NCBI GenBank assembly: GCA_020628935.1
Contig: JAHDEG010000006.1
Span: 142,986-206,985, forward strand
Direction of reading: 5' to 3'
DNA length: 64,000 bases
DNA from: Flavobacteriales bacterium
GTDB lineage: Bacteria > Bacteroidota > Bacteroidia > Flavobacteriales_G > JALEGO01
The translations under genes and the position numbers were made by a program. How positions within the stretch are numbered: the first letter of the stretch is position 1; every line of letters starts with the position of its first letter. Below are positions 28,477 to 38,399 of this stretch, piece after piece. The notes under the pieces are model-generated. The model was not told where the DNA came from. It searched no databases and saw only the letters and a list, made by a program, of their open reading frames with translations.

Positions 28477-30915
28477 TTAATCCTTTATTTTGCTAATTGC
28501 AGATTTTATATTCCAACCAATAGAGCCAAATATTGAAAGTAAAATTAAAGAAGAACATAAAGTAGATATCCAACCACCTTTAGCTTCTGGTTCAAAGGAA
28601 AAAACTACTTTGTGAGTTCCTTTTGGTATTGATAACCCTCTTAAAATATAATTCGCTCTTATCATTTCAGTTGGTTTACCATCTATTGAAATTTTCCAAC
28701 CTTTATTAGGACCATACCAAACCTCAGAAAATATAGCTAGCTGGTTAGAGTTGGAATTAGACGTATATTCCAAATAACCTGGTTCATAATAGCTCAATTT
28801 AATATCTCCTTTGCCGTCACCAACTTTAATGTCTTTAAGTTGATCCTCAAATTCATTTTTGAGAATTATAGCCGTATTTTGCGGATTAAAACTAGAATCA
28901 CTCATTGAGCGTATTTCCTCATTAGGTGTTTCAACATATCTAACGCCTTTTACAAACCAAGCATTACCCAATGCTTGGTTGTTAACTTGCAATTGTTGCT
29001 TTTGACCAATAATATATTTTGTATTTAACATATTTAAAACAGGCATATTAAACTTGCTAATGTGATAATCAATCATATCTTGATACCTCTGGAGCTTTGC
29101 TGCATGATAACCACCAATGGTATTGTGAAATACAGAACTTGAATTTGAATTAAATGTGTTTATAGATAAATCTAAGACTCTATAAAATCCCCTGCCTTTT
29201 GGTTCAAGACTAAGTATTTGTTGATCTATTGGCCGTTTAACAAATTCACTGTTCGTTTTTTTAATCCTCGTCCAGCTATCTTCATCAATATACCTTCTGT
29301 TTACTAGCCATAAATCTGCCAATGTAATTACAAATAATAAGCATAACATCATATTTTTATTAGTGATTTTTTTAATAACAAAGGCATAAATAACAAGTGC
29401 TAAAGCGATAGTAAAAAACAATGACCTTAAACAATCAGCTTTCATAATTGCTTTTCGAGTATTGATAAACACATCAATAATTTCTGCTTGGTAACGAGCA
29501 TCTTGTTCACCTGTAAAGGTTAGAAAAAGCGGACCAAACAACCATACTAATAAACAAATACCAGCAGCAATTATAGCACTTATTACTACAGGTTTTTTAA
29601 AGGTTGGTTTCTCTTTTGACTGTATTATGGTATTAAGAGCCATTAAACCAGGTATTGCAAAGAAGGCGGGCACAATATTCATTACCGAATTAGGTGATCT
29701 AAATTTGTTGAACAAGGGTAGATTATCAAATAATAGTCGGTTTAAGAACTCCGCATTTTTACCCAAAGAGATTAAACATATCGTAGTTATAGCAGCTAAA
29801 AAACTAAAAGAATATTTCTTTTCGATAACAAAAAAAGAGAGCACAAATAAAAACAATGAAAGCATTCCTAGGTAGTAAGGTCCACTTGTAAATGGCATAT
29901 CACCCCAATACATGGGTGCTTGATAGGTTCCATCCTTTTTCTTTTTGGCACCATTTTGCTTTAGCAGCTTTGCTGTTTCACTGTCTGAGGGGATTTCTTC
30001 ATTGGAGGATCCTCCCATAATTCTTGGAATAAATAAACTCAACAAATCGGGAGTACTATTGCTCCAACTCATGGCGTAATTCCAGTCTAGGCCCTCTACT
30101 TGACTACTACTTGAAGGCTTCTCATTTTTTTCTGATGACAATATGGGTTTACCCCTCATTGTATCTTCCGAAAACGTCTTAGATGAATAAAGCTGAGCAA
30201 AATTTGCACCAGCACCTATAATAGCTGCAAATAATGCAACAAAAAGGCCTTGAAACAAAAATTTGAAAGAATAATCAGGGCTTTTTATTAATGAAATTAC
30301 ATACGTTATTACAAAAACAATAAATGTTAAACCTAAGTAATAAACCATTTGAATGTGATTAAACATAATTGCAAGACAAGTACCTAGTGCAACAAGTATA
30401 AAACCCAATACCAACTTCCGTTTTAAGCATAATAACAAACCAATAATTAGCATTGCAAAACAACTCACTACCCAAATTTTTGTTTGATGACCCGCCTCAG
30501 TAAGCACTATATAATTAACATTAAATGCGACAAGTAATGAACCGACTATAGCCAGCAAGGGTTCTATTTTAAAAACTAGTAACGATGTAAATGTTAGTAT
30601 ACACAACATGAGAAACGTACCTAACGGATAATCAAACCCGAGAAATAATATGCTTCTTGTATTTAAAGAATAAATAAGATTATTATTACTACCATGGCCT
30701 AATAAACCTGTTGGTGTGCCTGAAAAAATAGAACTAGACCAAGTGTTTTGTTTTCTCTTTTTTTTCGGGGACTCTTGAAACTCTTTTACGACTATTTTCG
30801 CAGAAATATCATCATTAGAGTTAAGTGTAAAGTTTTTTAGAGCTGGTCCAAAAAACACAAAAAAGGGAACCAATAATAAAATCAATGTCCCAATAACTAA
30901 TCCTGCTTTTTTCAT
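28477..30915 (-). CDS. YfhO-family membrane protein (putative GT-C), paralogue 2
   Basis: Same motifs as paralogue 1: NKFRS, GGYHAAKL, NMLNTKYII, ALGNAWFV, FSEVWY, ANYILRG. Confidence 0.9.
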   Translation of the reverse strand: MKKAGLVIGTLILLLVPFFVFFGPALKNFTLNSNDDISAKIVVKEFQESPKKKRKQNTWSSSIFSGTPTGLLGHGSNNNLIYSLNTRSILFLGFDYPLGTFLMLCILTFTSLLVFKIEPLLAIVGSLLVAFNVNYIVLTEAGHQTKIWVVSCFAMLIIGLLLCLKRKLVLGFILVALGTCLAIMFNHIQMVYYLGLTFIVFVITYVISLIKSPDYSFKFLFQGLFVALFAAIIGAGANFAQLYSSKTFSEDTMRGKPILSSEKNEKPSSSSQVEGLDWNYAMSWSNSTPDLLSLFIPRIMGGSSNEEIPSDSETAKLLKQNGAKKKKDGTYQAPMYWGDMPFTSGPYYLGMLSLFLFVLSFFVIEKKYSFSFLAAITTICLISLGKNAEFLNRLLFDNLPLFNKFRSPNSVMNIVPAFFAIPGLMALNTIIQSKEKPTFKKPVVISAIIAAGICLLVWLFGPLFLTFTGEQDARYQAEIIDVFINTRKAIMKADCLRSLFFTIALALVIYAFVIKKITNKNMMLCLLFVITLADLWLVNRRYIDEDSWTRIKKTNSEFVKRPIDQQILSLEPKGRGFYRVLDLSINTFNSNSSSVFHNTIGGYHAAKLQRYQDMIDYHISKFNMPVLNMLNTKYIIGQKQQLQVNNQALGNAWFVKGVRYVETPNEEIRSMSDSSFNPQNTAIILKNEFEDQLKDIKVGDGKGDIKLSYYEPGYLEYTSNSNSNQLAIFSEVWYGPNKGWKISIDGKPTEMIRANYILRGLSIPKGTHKVVFSFEPEAKGGWISTLCSSLILLSIFGSIGWNIKSAISKIKD

Positions 30916-30920
30916 AGCTA

Positions 30921-30928
30921 CAAATATA
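30921..30928 (-). promoter_or_regulatory. -7 promoter element (TATATTTG), possibly leaderless
   Basis: TAnnTTTG ends 5 nt before the ATG at 30915. Confidence 0.5.
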
Positions 30929-30983
30929 ACGGTTTTGGTTTCTCATTAAACACTCCGTAATTAATTATTGTCAACCACTACTA

Positions 30984-32162
30984 TTAACTTAAAGCTTTTT
31001 TATAAACTTTGTTATATTCTCCAATTACCTTTTGCTCTGAATAATAGTTCCTTGCATTTAAAGAAATATTTTCAGGTAGCATTTTGCCTTCTTTTTTCAT
31101 CTCCAAAGCATCTAAAATGCCCTTAGCTAAGGTTTTACCCGACTTGTTATCAACCAAAATTCCATTTACTTTGTGGTCTATCATATTCTCAATCCCACTC
31201 GTTTTGAAACCAACAACTGGGGTACCGCAAATATGACTTTCAACAATAGTATTGGGTAAGTTATCTTCGATTGAAGATATAACATATACACTTGCAGCCG
31301 AATAAATCTTGGCTAACTCAGCTGTAGAAGATATATATCCTAAAAATTTAAGGTTTTTGTGTTTACTGAGGTCAGAATTCAGTGCTATGTTTCCAAGAAC
31401 ATTAATTTGTATATCGTCATCTAAGTAATCTAAAGCTTCTAAAAAATATTTAAAGCCTTTTCTTGGATCATTAACATTTTCCGCAACAAAGAGTATGATA
31501 GGGTCCTGTGATTTATGGAGTTCATTGTTTATATTAAATGACTCCGTATCTATACAATTAGGTATTCTACTATGAGGAAAACCCGATAATACTTCGCTAA
31601 CTTCTGATAATTCTTTGAGCCATTTAGAAGGTGAAACAATGTGAATGTTTTTATTAAGCACTGCTCGTTTTTTAACTTGGATGAAGCGTTTTTCTAAATC
31701 AATTAATTTATCATTCATCATAGATGTATAATGCATTCCCCCTTTAAATGGATTCATATCGTGAAGAGTCCAAACAATTGGTTTGTTGATGTTTTGAAAA
31801 AATGTTGGTATATCAATAAATTTCACCGTAGCATGAAAGTGTATAATATCAGCTTCTGTGACTAGCGGATGGTTATGTACTTTTAGTAGACTTTCTGGCC
31901 TATTAAAAAAAACTTGACGATTAAATTTTACGGGTAGTTGGTTGTAAGCTTTATTTAAGAACAAAATTAGTTTTGAAATTAGTTTCCCATATTTCTTGAT
32001 TAAAAAATCATCATAGTAACTTATCTCTGATTCTTTACGCCCCTTAGGTTTAAGTGCTAAAAACGAAGAATACAACCCACTCGTTTTTTGAGCCCGGTAA
32101 ATTCTTTTTGCAGCATTTGCAGCACCTCCACTATCCCAAGTGTTTATGTGTAAAATTTTCAT
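30984..32162 (-). CDS. GT4 glycosyltransferase (WcaC-like)
   Basis: GGAANAA, WTLHDM, DPRKGF, EDNLPNTIVES. Confidence 0.9.
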   Translation of the reverse strand: MKILHINTWDSGGAANAAKRIYRAQKTSGLYSSFLALKPKGRKESEISYYDDFLIKKYGKLISKLILFLNKAYNQLPVKFNRQVFFNRPESLLKVHNHPLVTEADIIHFHATVKFIDIPTFFQNINKPIVWTLHDMNPFKGGMHYTSMMNDKLIDLEKRFIQVKKRAVLNKNIHIVSPSKWLKELSEVSEVLSGFPHSRIPNCIDTESFNINNELHKSQDPIILFVAENVNDPRKGFKYFLEALDYLDDDIQINVLGNIALNSDLSKHKNLKFLGYISSTAELAKIYSAASVYVISSIEDNLPNTIVESHICGTPVVGFKTSGIENMIDHKVNGILVDNKSGKTLAKGILDALEMKKEGKMLPENISLNARNYYSEQKVIGEYNKVYKKALS

Positions 32163-32244
32163 TAGGATTTCTGTAAAACATCCGGTTTTTGAGCATTAGT
32201 TTAGACCCTGTATAATTAATCGTTTTTGAGTTGAAAAGTAATTA

Positions 32245-33072
32245 TTAACTGGTTTTATTAAAAGAAATACCAATTCCCGCACCTGGATACCAATGATTGG
32301 ATGGATTTTCTTTAAAAAACAAAAAATTCCTATCGTTTTCCAAAGAAAAGAATGAAAGTTTATCTGTTGAGTGTGAATTATCCCCAAGAATAACAGAATT
32401 TTTATTTAACAAAGGCTTAATAGTATTGTATTCACGATATTCATATTCAGAGGAATGATCGCTATCATTAATAAATAAGTCTATACTTTCTTTAAAGGCT
32501 GATAACGTTTTTATCGAATCACCATATTTAATTTCTCCAAACTCTTTATATTTTCCAGACAAAAGATACCCCGCACGTGAGTTTATATCAGTTCCATAAT
32601 ACTTTCCTGAAAAACCTTCTAAAATGTTCTTTTCTAATGCTGCGCATAATAAAACTGCTCCCATTCCTTTATCGACACCAGTTTCAACAATTACTTTTGG
32701 TTTTATAGCCCTGGCAAATGCATACCAACCTAACCTCCTTCCAAAACGGACTCCGCTATCCGCAAACACCTTTTCCTTTGAATTTGCTGTAGTTAAAACC
32801 ACGTGTTCAAATAAGTCTTTATTCTGTTCTACTTCTTTGAAATATGCCAGTATGTGCGAGACATCTTTTTTTGTAACTATCGCTATGTTTTGAGCTAGAC
32901 TTACTAAGTTATCGCCTGTTAAATCATAAGTAAAATTAGTGTCTTCCTTGGAAGTAAAACCCCATTTTACAATTTGAACATATTTTCTATTATAATACTT
33001 AGTTGCACTATAGATACGTCTGAAAAAATTTAATATCCAAATTCGCTTTAGTAAGTTTAAAATTTCTTTCAT
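32245..33072 (-). CDS. Class I SAM-dependent methyltransferase (Methyltransf_24-like)
   Basis: IVETGVDKG, GDSIKTL, IDLFINDSDHS. Confidence 0.8.
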   Translation of the reverse strand: MKEILNLLKRIWILNFFRRIYSATKYYNRKYVQIVKWGFTSKEDTNFTYDLTGDNLVSLAQNIAIVTKKDVSHILAYFKEVEQNKDLFEHVVLTTANSKEKVFADSGVRFGRRLGWYAFARAIKPKVIVETGVDKGMGAVLLCAALEKNILEGFSGKYYGTDINSRAGYLLSGKYKEFGEIKYGDSIKTLSAFKESIDLFINDSDHSSEYEYREYNTIKPLLNKNSVILGDNSHSTDKLSFFSLENDRNFLFFKENPSNHWYPGAGIGISFNKTS

Positions 33073-33324
33073 AATAAATAATACGCTAAATTTTTTCTAA
33101 AATCACTAAATCATTGATGTAATCTGCAATATTAATTAATTTATGATTAAGGTAATCATACTTAATAGTGGAATTACTAATAAAAATTTATATCTAGTAG
33201 ATTTTCTCAATTACCTTTTTTTAGGTAATTTGACTCTTTTGGCATTTTGCAAAAACCCCTTTAGCTACAGTAATATACTTTGTAAGTCAGTAGAAATAAC
33301 TTTACATTAAATGTTACATCAGGT

Positions 33325-34041
33325 TCACTTAAGAACGTTATTTGTGTTATTGAAACTCCTATTATTGATAAATGAGATTTCTTCATAAGAGTCAGATACA
33401 GCAAAAATCTCATACCCGTGTTTCTTCATCTTTTTTATGAGGGCTTTACTTTTTGCTCGGCCATTTTCAAAAAATCTCTCGTGAAGCTCTATTGCCATTT
33501 GATCAATTTGTATCCTTTTTTCTAAAATGCTTTCAATTACATCATACTCCGATCCTTCGATGTCCATTTTTATGACTGCTATTTTTTTATGCTTTAACAA
33601 TTTACAAATATCTGAAAATGATTTCATCTGTACTTCGACTGTATTTTTTTGAGATACATTTTTTTGAGGCACCAAACTGCCAGAAACATGTTCACTATTT
33701 ATAGGAAGGTGAAAATTGGTCTTACCTGTGTTTTTTGAAATACCAAATTCATGGAACTTGAACGTTTCAGGAAGGTCGTTGTTTAAACACCAATTTATAG
33801 ATTTAGGTGTTGGATCAAAACCAAATACTTTGCACTTATGCTCTTGTATGACTTGTTTATCAAAAGATATATCTTCGCCTATTCCAAAAGAATAAACAAT
33901 AGATTGTTCATTTAGTAATTGCGGATTTAAGTAGAATCCTCCGTAATTATTTCCATACCATCTAGACTCACAATTAACCGACTTTTTAATGTGGCTGTAT
34001 TTTAATGGGTATATAAATTTTTTTTTTATTTTTTTAAGCAT
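33325..34041 (-). CDS. FkbM-family methyltransferase
   Basis: YSFGIGEDISFD, FDPTP, KMDIEGSE, IELH. Confidence 0.88.
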   Translation of the reverse strand: MLKKIKKKFIYPLKYSHIKKSVNCESRWYGNNYGGFYLNPQLLNEQSIVYSFGIGEDISFDKQVIQEHKCKVFGFDPTPKSINWCLNNDLPETFKFHEFGISKNTGKTNFHLPINSEHVSGSLVPQKNVSQKNTVEVQMKSFSDICKLLKHKKIAVIKMDIEGSEYDVIESILEKRIQIDQMAIELHERFFENGRAKSKALIKKMKKHGYEIFAVSDSYEEISFINNRSFNNTNNVLK

Positions 34042-34145
34042 TTATTTAACCTTAAGTATTATTCAAAAAATTTTAAATGGAGTTGAAATCTTTTCTAATT
34101 AATGTCTTTAAATTTCTAAAAGAATATGTGATTACAGCATGAGGT

Positions 34146-35051
34146 TTATTTTTTGATACCAATAAAAGTATTCAACCGAAGTCTTATACACCATAATAAA
34201 AGCTTAGATTTGGACTTTTGACTTCTATAAAAAATCTTTTGATTAACTCCTTCTTGAGTATTTTCATAATTTGAATCAAGTATTTTAGGTAATACTTTAG
34301 CTACGGTCTGTGATTGCCCTTTTATGGTGTGAGTTGCATCTAATCCAAATCCTATGTTTTCAATTAAATTATAATTAGGTGTTAAACATAGTCCATTGTT
34401 TTTTAAAATAGTGTATGTCCAAAAATAAGCCCAGGAATCATTCTTTCTTGCTTTGGTCTTTCTAAACTTATCAATTAAATAAACTCTCGATAAGTAATTA
34501 GGAAGGGTTGATTTAAAAATTTTAGACTTAGAAAATGTTTCTAAATCGTTCATATTTCTATCGAATTTATTCCAAGCTCTTTTCCATGTAGCCCAACCCC
34601 AACAAAGAGATAGGTTTGTGAAAAAAGGAGTTTCGAACTTATTTCTAGTTGCCTTTTCAATAGGGTTATAACCACCTATTTGGTATATGTTTAGAGTGTC
34701 TTTATATTTCAATAAATTATGCTCAACGTAATCAAAGAAGTTAATATGTGGCAAACAATCATCTTCTAATATTATACCGTATTCTTCATTTTCAAAAAGC
34801 CAATCAATCGCTGCTATTACTGAATTTCTACAACCCAAATTATTTAGGTTATACTTCTTAAACACTTTACATTCCCAGCTTATATTGGCTATTAACTCTT
34901 TAACTTTGTTGATTTTTTTTTCATCAAGGGCGTTTCTAGGACCATCAATATTAACATATATTGTGCTGGGTTTTATTAACTCTAATCTAGATAATAGCTT
35001 CCTTGTTATCTCTGGTCGATTAAATAATAATAAAAGAATTGGGGTTTGCAT
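34146..35051 (-). CDS. GT-A fold nucleotide-diphospho-sugar transferase
   Basis: LFNRP, DGPR, NLGC, IILEDDC, WGWATW, NLIENIGFG; TTG start. Confidence 0.85.
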   Translation of the reverse strand: MQTPILLLLFNRPEITRKLLSRLELIKPSTIYVNIDGPRNALDEKKINKVKELIANISWECKVFKKYNLNNLGCRNSVIAAIDWLFENEEYGIILEDDCLPHINFFDYVEHNLLKYKDTLNIYQIGGYNPIEKATRNKFETPFFTNLSLCWGWATWKRAWNKFDRNMNDLETFSKSKIFKSTLPNYLSRVYLIDKFRKTKARKNDSWAYFWTYTILKNNGLCLTPNYNLIENIGFGLDATHTIKGQSQTVAKVLPKILDSNYENTQEGVNQKIFYRSQKSKSKLLLWCIRLRLNTFIGIKK

Positions 35052-35094
35052 TTTAAAAAAACGAATAAAATTTTTATAGCTCCAATAAAACTAA

Positions 35095-35991
35095 TTAATA
35101 ATTAATTCCATTCACCTTTATTAGTTTAGCCTTTTTCAATTTTGCTTTGACAAATTCTAAGTCCCTAATAAAGATGGTATTATGATCTATGATATCCTTA
35201 TCAATATTTAGTTTAATTAACTTTCTTCCATCTAATGGTAAATATTTGAATGGAATAAACCCAACATCATCTAATAAACTAAATATACTAGCTTCATTTA
35301 GTTCATATTTGTTAGCCAAACCGTTAGTTTCTATTATAATCGCTTTTAATTCTGGGTTCAGTAGAACCGCTTTTGATCCTTTTAAAACATTTACTTCATA
35401 GCCTTCAACATCAATCTTTATTAAATTTGCATTTTTTTGCTCTAACAATATATCTAAAGTAGTTTTTACTACTTCAAATGATGAAACACTTGAGTCTTCT
35501 TTTCTAATTATTCTATTAACCGCCTCTAAATTTTGAGTGAAAAGAACATTGCCAGGTTTATCCCCTATGGCTTTTTCAATGACTTCAACTTTGTTAGAGA
35601 GACTGTTGATTTTTATATTTTCTTTTAGAATACTTAAAGTCTCTTTTGAAGGCTCAATAGCTATTACTTTAGCATTGGAAACACCCGCGGCAAGTATTGT
35701 ATAAACTCCAACATTTGCTCCAACATCAACAAATGTATCGTTATGATTTAAAAAATGCAACAGAAAACTCATTTCACTAAAGTCATTTAATGAGTTAAAA
35801 TACTGTAATTGAGAACTGGTCGATTTTTTTCCTACCAAAAGCTTTGTTTCGTGAATATAGTTGTGAATGAACATTGCTTCTTTATTTAATCTCATATACA
35901 ACCCAAGAATAAAATAATTAAATAAGCTTTTGAGCTTTCTTTTTTGATTTAGGGGATGACTTATTGTCTTTTTTATATCTTCTATTACCAT
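35095..35991 (-). CDS. FkbM-family methyltransferase
   Basis: FVDVGANVG, IEP, KIDVEGYE. Confidence 0.9.
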   Translation of the reverse strand: MVIEDIKKTISHPLNQKRKLKSLFNYFILGLYMRLNKEAMFIHNYIHETKLLVGKKSTSSQLQYFNSLNDFSEMSFLLHFLNHNDTFVDVGANVGVYTILAAGVSNAKVIAIEPSKETLSILKENIKINSLSNKVEVIEKAIGDKPGNVLFTQNLEAVNRIIRKEDSSVSSFEVVKTTLDILLEQKNANLIKIDVEGYEVNVLKGSKAVLLNPELKAIIIETNGLANKYELNEASIFSLLDDVGFIPFKYLPLDGRKLIKLNIDKDIIDHNTIFIRDLEFVKAKLKKAKLIKVNGINY

Positions 35992-36131
35992 ATGATTATT
36001 ATACTAGGAATATGTACATTAAAATTATCAAGTTTAAAGGGTTGCTGGCTTTGGTTTGAAAATAACGCAATCGTAAATAAAACTACGTAAAAAGTTAACA
36101 ACATAATAAATGAGTTCTCACCTACGTAAAT

Positions 36132-36749
36132 TTAAACTCCAAGGCAATTTTCTTGCCTGTATAATAATGTAGTTGTGTTTGACTGACCATAACAAGGTAG
36201 TAACCCGTAAAAATCAATTTTTTTAAACCCTAAACAAAGTAAGTCACTAATTCCTTCTTGATATTGTAGCCGCTCAGAATTATCCCAAATTATAACACCT
36301 GTGGGAGTTAGTTTTTGCGGAGCAAGTTTTGAACATTCAACTCGATTTCTGCCATCAATAATTATTACATCATATAAATCTGAGGTTTCCGAGATTGATT
36401 CAACGTAGTTATTGTTTAATGCTCTAAATAAGTATTTTACGTTTTCAAACCATTTTTCATCGTGTTCTACAGAAACAATATTCTTGATTTTACCTGATAG
36501 CCATATAGTCGAGTTCCCACTGCCATATTCAAATACTGACAACTCTTTAGTCAATCTGTCCTTAAGGAATTCAATAGCTGAAATTGTAAACCATGGAATT
36601 GGATTTCCAGCAGCGTCTACAGGCATCATTTTAATCACACTTTTGTTCCACCCACTTTCTTTTAGGTAGTTTTTTGATAAAAAAAACAAGGTTAAAATGT
36701 ACCTTGTTATAGAAAACTTAGAGATGAGCTTTATTATTGTTTTTTTCAT
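36132..36749 (-). CDS. SAM-dependent methyltransferase-like protein
   Basis: PWFT, FEYGSGNST, SVEHD..W, IIDGR.R, WDNSER. Confidence 0.8.
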   Translation of the reverse strand: MKKTIIKLISKFSITRYILTLFFLSKNYLKESGWNKSVIKMMPVDAAGNPIPWFTISAIEFLKDRLTKELSVFEYGSGNSTIWLSGKIKNIVSVEHDEKWFENVKYLFRALNNNYVESISETSDLYDVIIIDGRNRVECSKLAPQKLTPTGVIIWDNSERLQYQEGISDLLCLGFKKIDFYGLLPCYGQSNTTTLLYRQENCLGV

Positions 36750-36754
36750 TTATC

Positions 36755-36762
36755 CAAAAATA
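36755..36762 (-). promoter_or_regulatory. -7 promoter element (TATTTTTG), possibly leaderless
   Basis: TAnnTTTG ends 5 nt before the ATG at 36749. Confidence 0.45.
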
Positions 36763-36819
36763 TAGTAAACATTGTTTATCTCATTAAAATAAGTAAATTT
36801 TATTAGCATTAGTTTAAAT

Positions 36820-38316
36820 ATGTCAACCATAAAATCACAAACTATAAAAAACACCATAATCGATTATTTTGGAATTGGTTTAGGGTTTTTAAATATGAGC
36901 ATATTATTCCCTAACATGCTTAGTAAAGAAGAATTAGGGTTGAGAGGAATAATTATAACCCTTGCAACAATAGCAGCAAATTTTTCAACATTAGGATCAA
37001 CATCTTTATTGCTCAGGTTTTTTCCTTTTTTTAAATCAAAAGATAAAAAACATCAAGGATTTCTATCATTAATACTAACTATAGGATTAGTTGGCTTTTT
37101 TATATTATGTGTCCTAAGCTATGTTTTTCAGCCATTAATTTTTTCGTCTTATGCAGATAAATCTCCATTAATAGTTGACTATTTTTGGTTTGTGATTTTA
37201 GCCTCTTTTGGACTGCTTTATTGTAACATACTAAACAACTACTTCTTTATTTTACTTAAAACGGTCGTTTCCTCATTTTTTTTACATATTGGTTTGAGGT
37301 TCATTTGGCTCATTCAAGTCCTCCTCTATTTTTACGAAGTCATTGATTTTAATGGTTTTATCTGGCTGTTAACATTCAGTTATTTCATTCAGTTATTTGG
37401 CCTAATAATTTATGGTATTTATTTAAAACAGATAAAACTGTCCTTCACTTTACCTAAGATTAGTAGGAAATTAAAAAAAGTTATGATAAATTATAGTTTG
37501 TTCGCTATTGCTACTGGTTATATTGGAATGATTGTGTCTAGTATTGATCAGCTTATGATAGCATCATTACTAGGTACTGCTCCTATTGCTGTTTACTCAA
37601 TAGCCTATTATTTAAGCAATGTTATAACCGTGCCTGGAAGATCTTTAACTGTTATTGCATCACCGGTCATTTCATACCAGATTAAGCGGAAAGATTTTAA
37701 ACCTCTCAACAGTATATATAAAAAATCATGTGTAAATATGGGTGTTAGCGCTGGCTTTGTGTTTCTAATTATATGGGTAAATATTTCTTCATATATACAA
37801 ATACTACCTGAAGGCTACAGTGACATAAAATATGTAATGCTATTTTTAGGATTAGGTAGATTCTTTGACTCTTTAACAGGTACAAATGCTCAAATTATTG
37901 GATTAAGTAAATATTACAGATTTAATTTATACTCTGGAGTGCTACTTATTGGTATTACTGCATCGTTGAACTGGATTCTTATTCCCTCACACGGATTAAT
38001 TGGAGCGGCTTTTGCAACTGGGATAACACTTTTATTATTTAATACCATGAGAACGTTATTTGTTAAATATAAAATGAACATGTGGCCTTACACATTAAAA
38101 AGTATTCTTAAAATGTTAACCTGTATCATTCCTCCCTTTTTATTTAGCTTTTTTATTAAAATAAGCTCAGGAAATATTTATATAGATGTGTTTGCTAATA
38201 CCTCATTGTATTCACTAATATTTGGCACTCTACTAATCCTTCTCAAGCCTTCTGATGAAATTCATGAAATAATTGTTAAACACTGGAATAGATATATTCC
38301 TTACAAATTAGAGTAG
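36820..38316 (+). CDS. Wzx-type oligosaccharide flippase (MOP superfamily)
   Basis: About 12-14 TM helices; IDQLMI, YSIAY, LIPSHGLIGAAFAT. Confidence 0.88.
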   Translation: MSTIKSQTIKNTIIDYFGIGLGFLNMSILFPNMLSKEELGLRGIIITLATIAANFSTLGSTSLLLRFFPFFKSKDKKHQGFLSLILTIGLVGFFILCVLSYVFQPLIFSSYADKSPLIVDYFWFVILASFGLLYCNILNNYFFILLKTVVSSFFLHIGLRFIWLIQVLLYFYEVIDFNGFIWLLTFSYFIQLFGLIIYGIYLKQIKLSFTLPKISRKLKKVMINYSLFAIATGYIGMIVSSIDQLMIASLLGTAPIAVYSIAYYLSNVITVPGRSLTVIASPVISYQIKRKDFKPLNSIYKKSCVNMGVSAGFVFLIIWVNISSYIQILPEGYSDIKYVMLFLGLGRFFDSLTGTNAQIIGLSKYYRFNLYSGVLLIGITASLNWILIPSHGLIGAAFATGITLLLFNTMRTLFVKYKMNMWPYTLKSILKMLTCIIPPFLFSFFIKISSGNIYIDVFANTSLYSLIFGTLLILLKPSDEIHEIIVKHWNRYIPYKLE

Positions 38317-38335
38317 TTACCAATTTTACAATTAG

Positions 38336-38386
38336 AAAAACCTCGCATAGTTAGTTTACATAACTTATTATACGAGGCTAGTTTTT
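38336..38386. terminator. Hairpin between convergent genes, possible bidirectional terminator
   Basis: aaaaa-cctcgcata...tatacgagg-ctagttttt inverted repeat. Confidence 0.5.
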
Positions 38387-38399
38387 AATAAGTATTATT

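Noticed and set aside
32163-36131. Integron attC sites or repeats between the cassette-like glycan genes
   Set aside because: The spacers share only short AT-rich matches (gagttgaaa, ctacgtaaa) and weak hairpins such as 33209-33230; there is no attC structure or integrase.
36390-36460. Possible short in-frame deletion in the methyltransferase (WFENVKYLF)
   Set aside because: The segment looks short compared with homologues I recall, but this cannot be supported without an alignment; the frame is intact.
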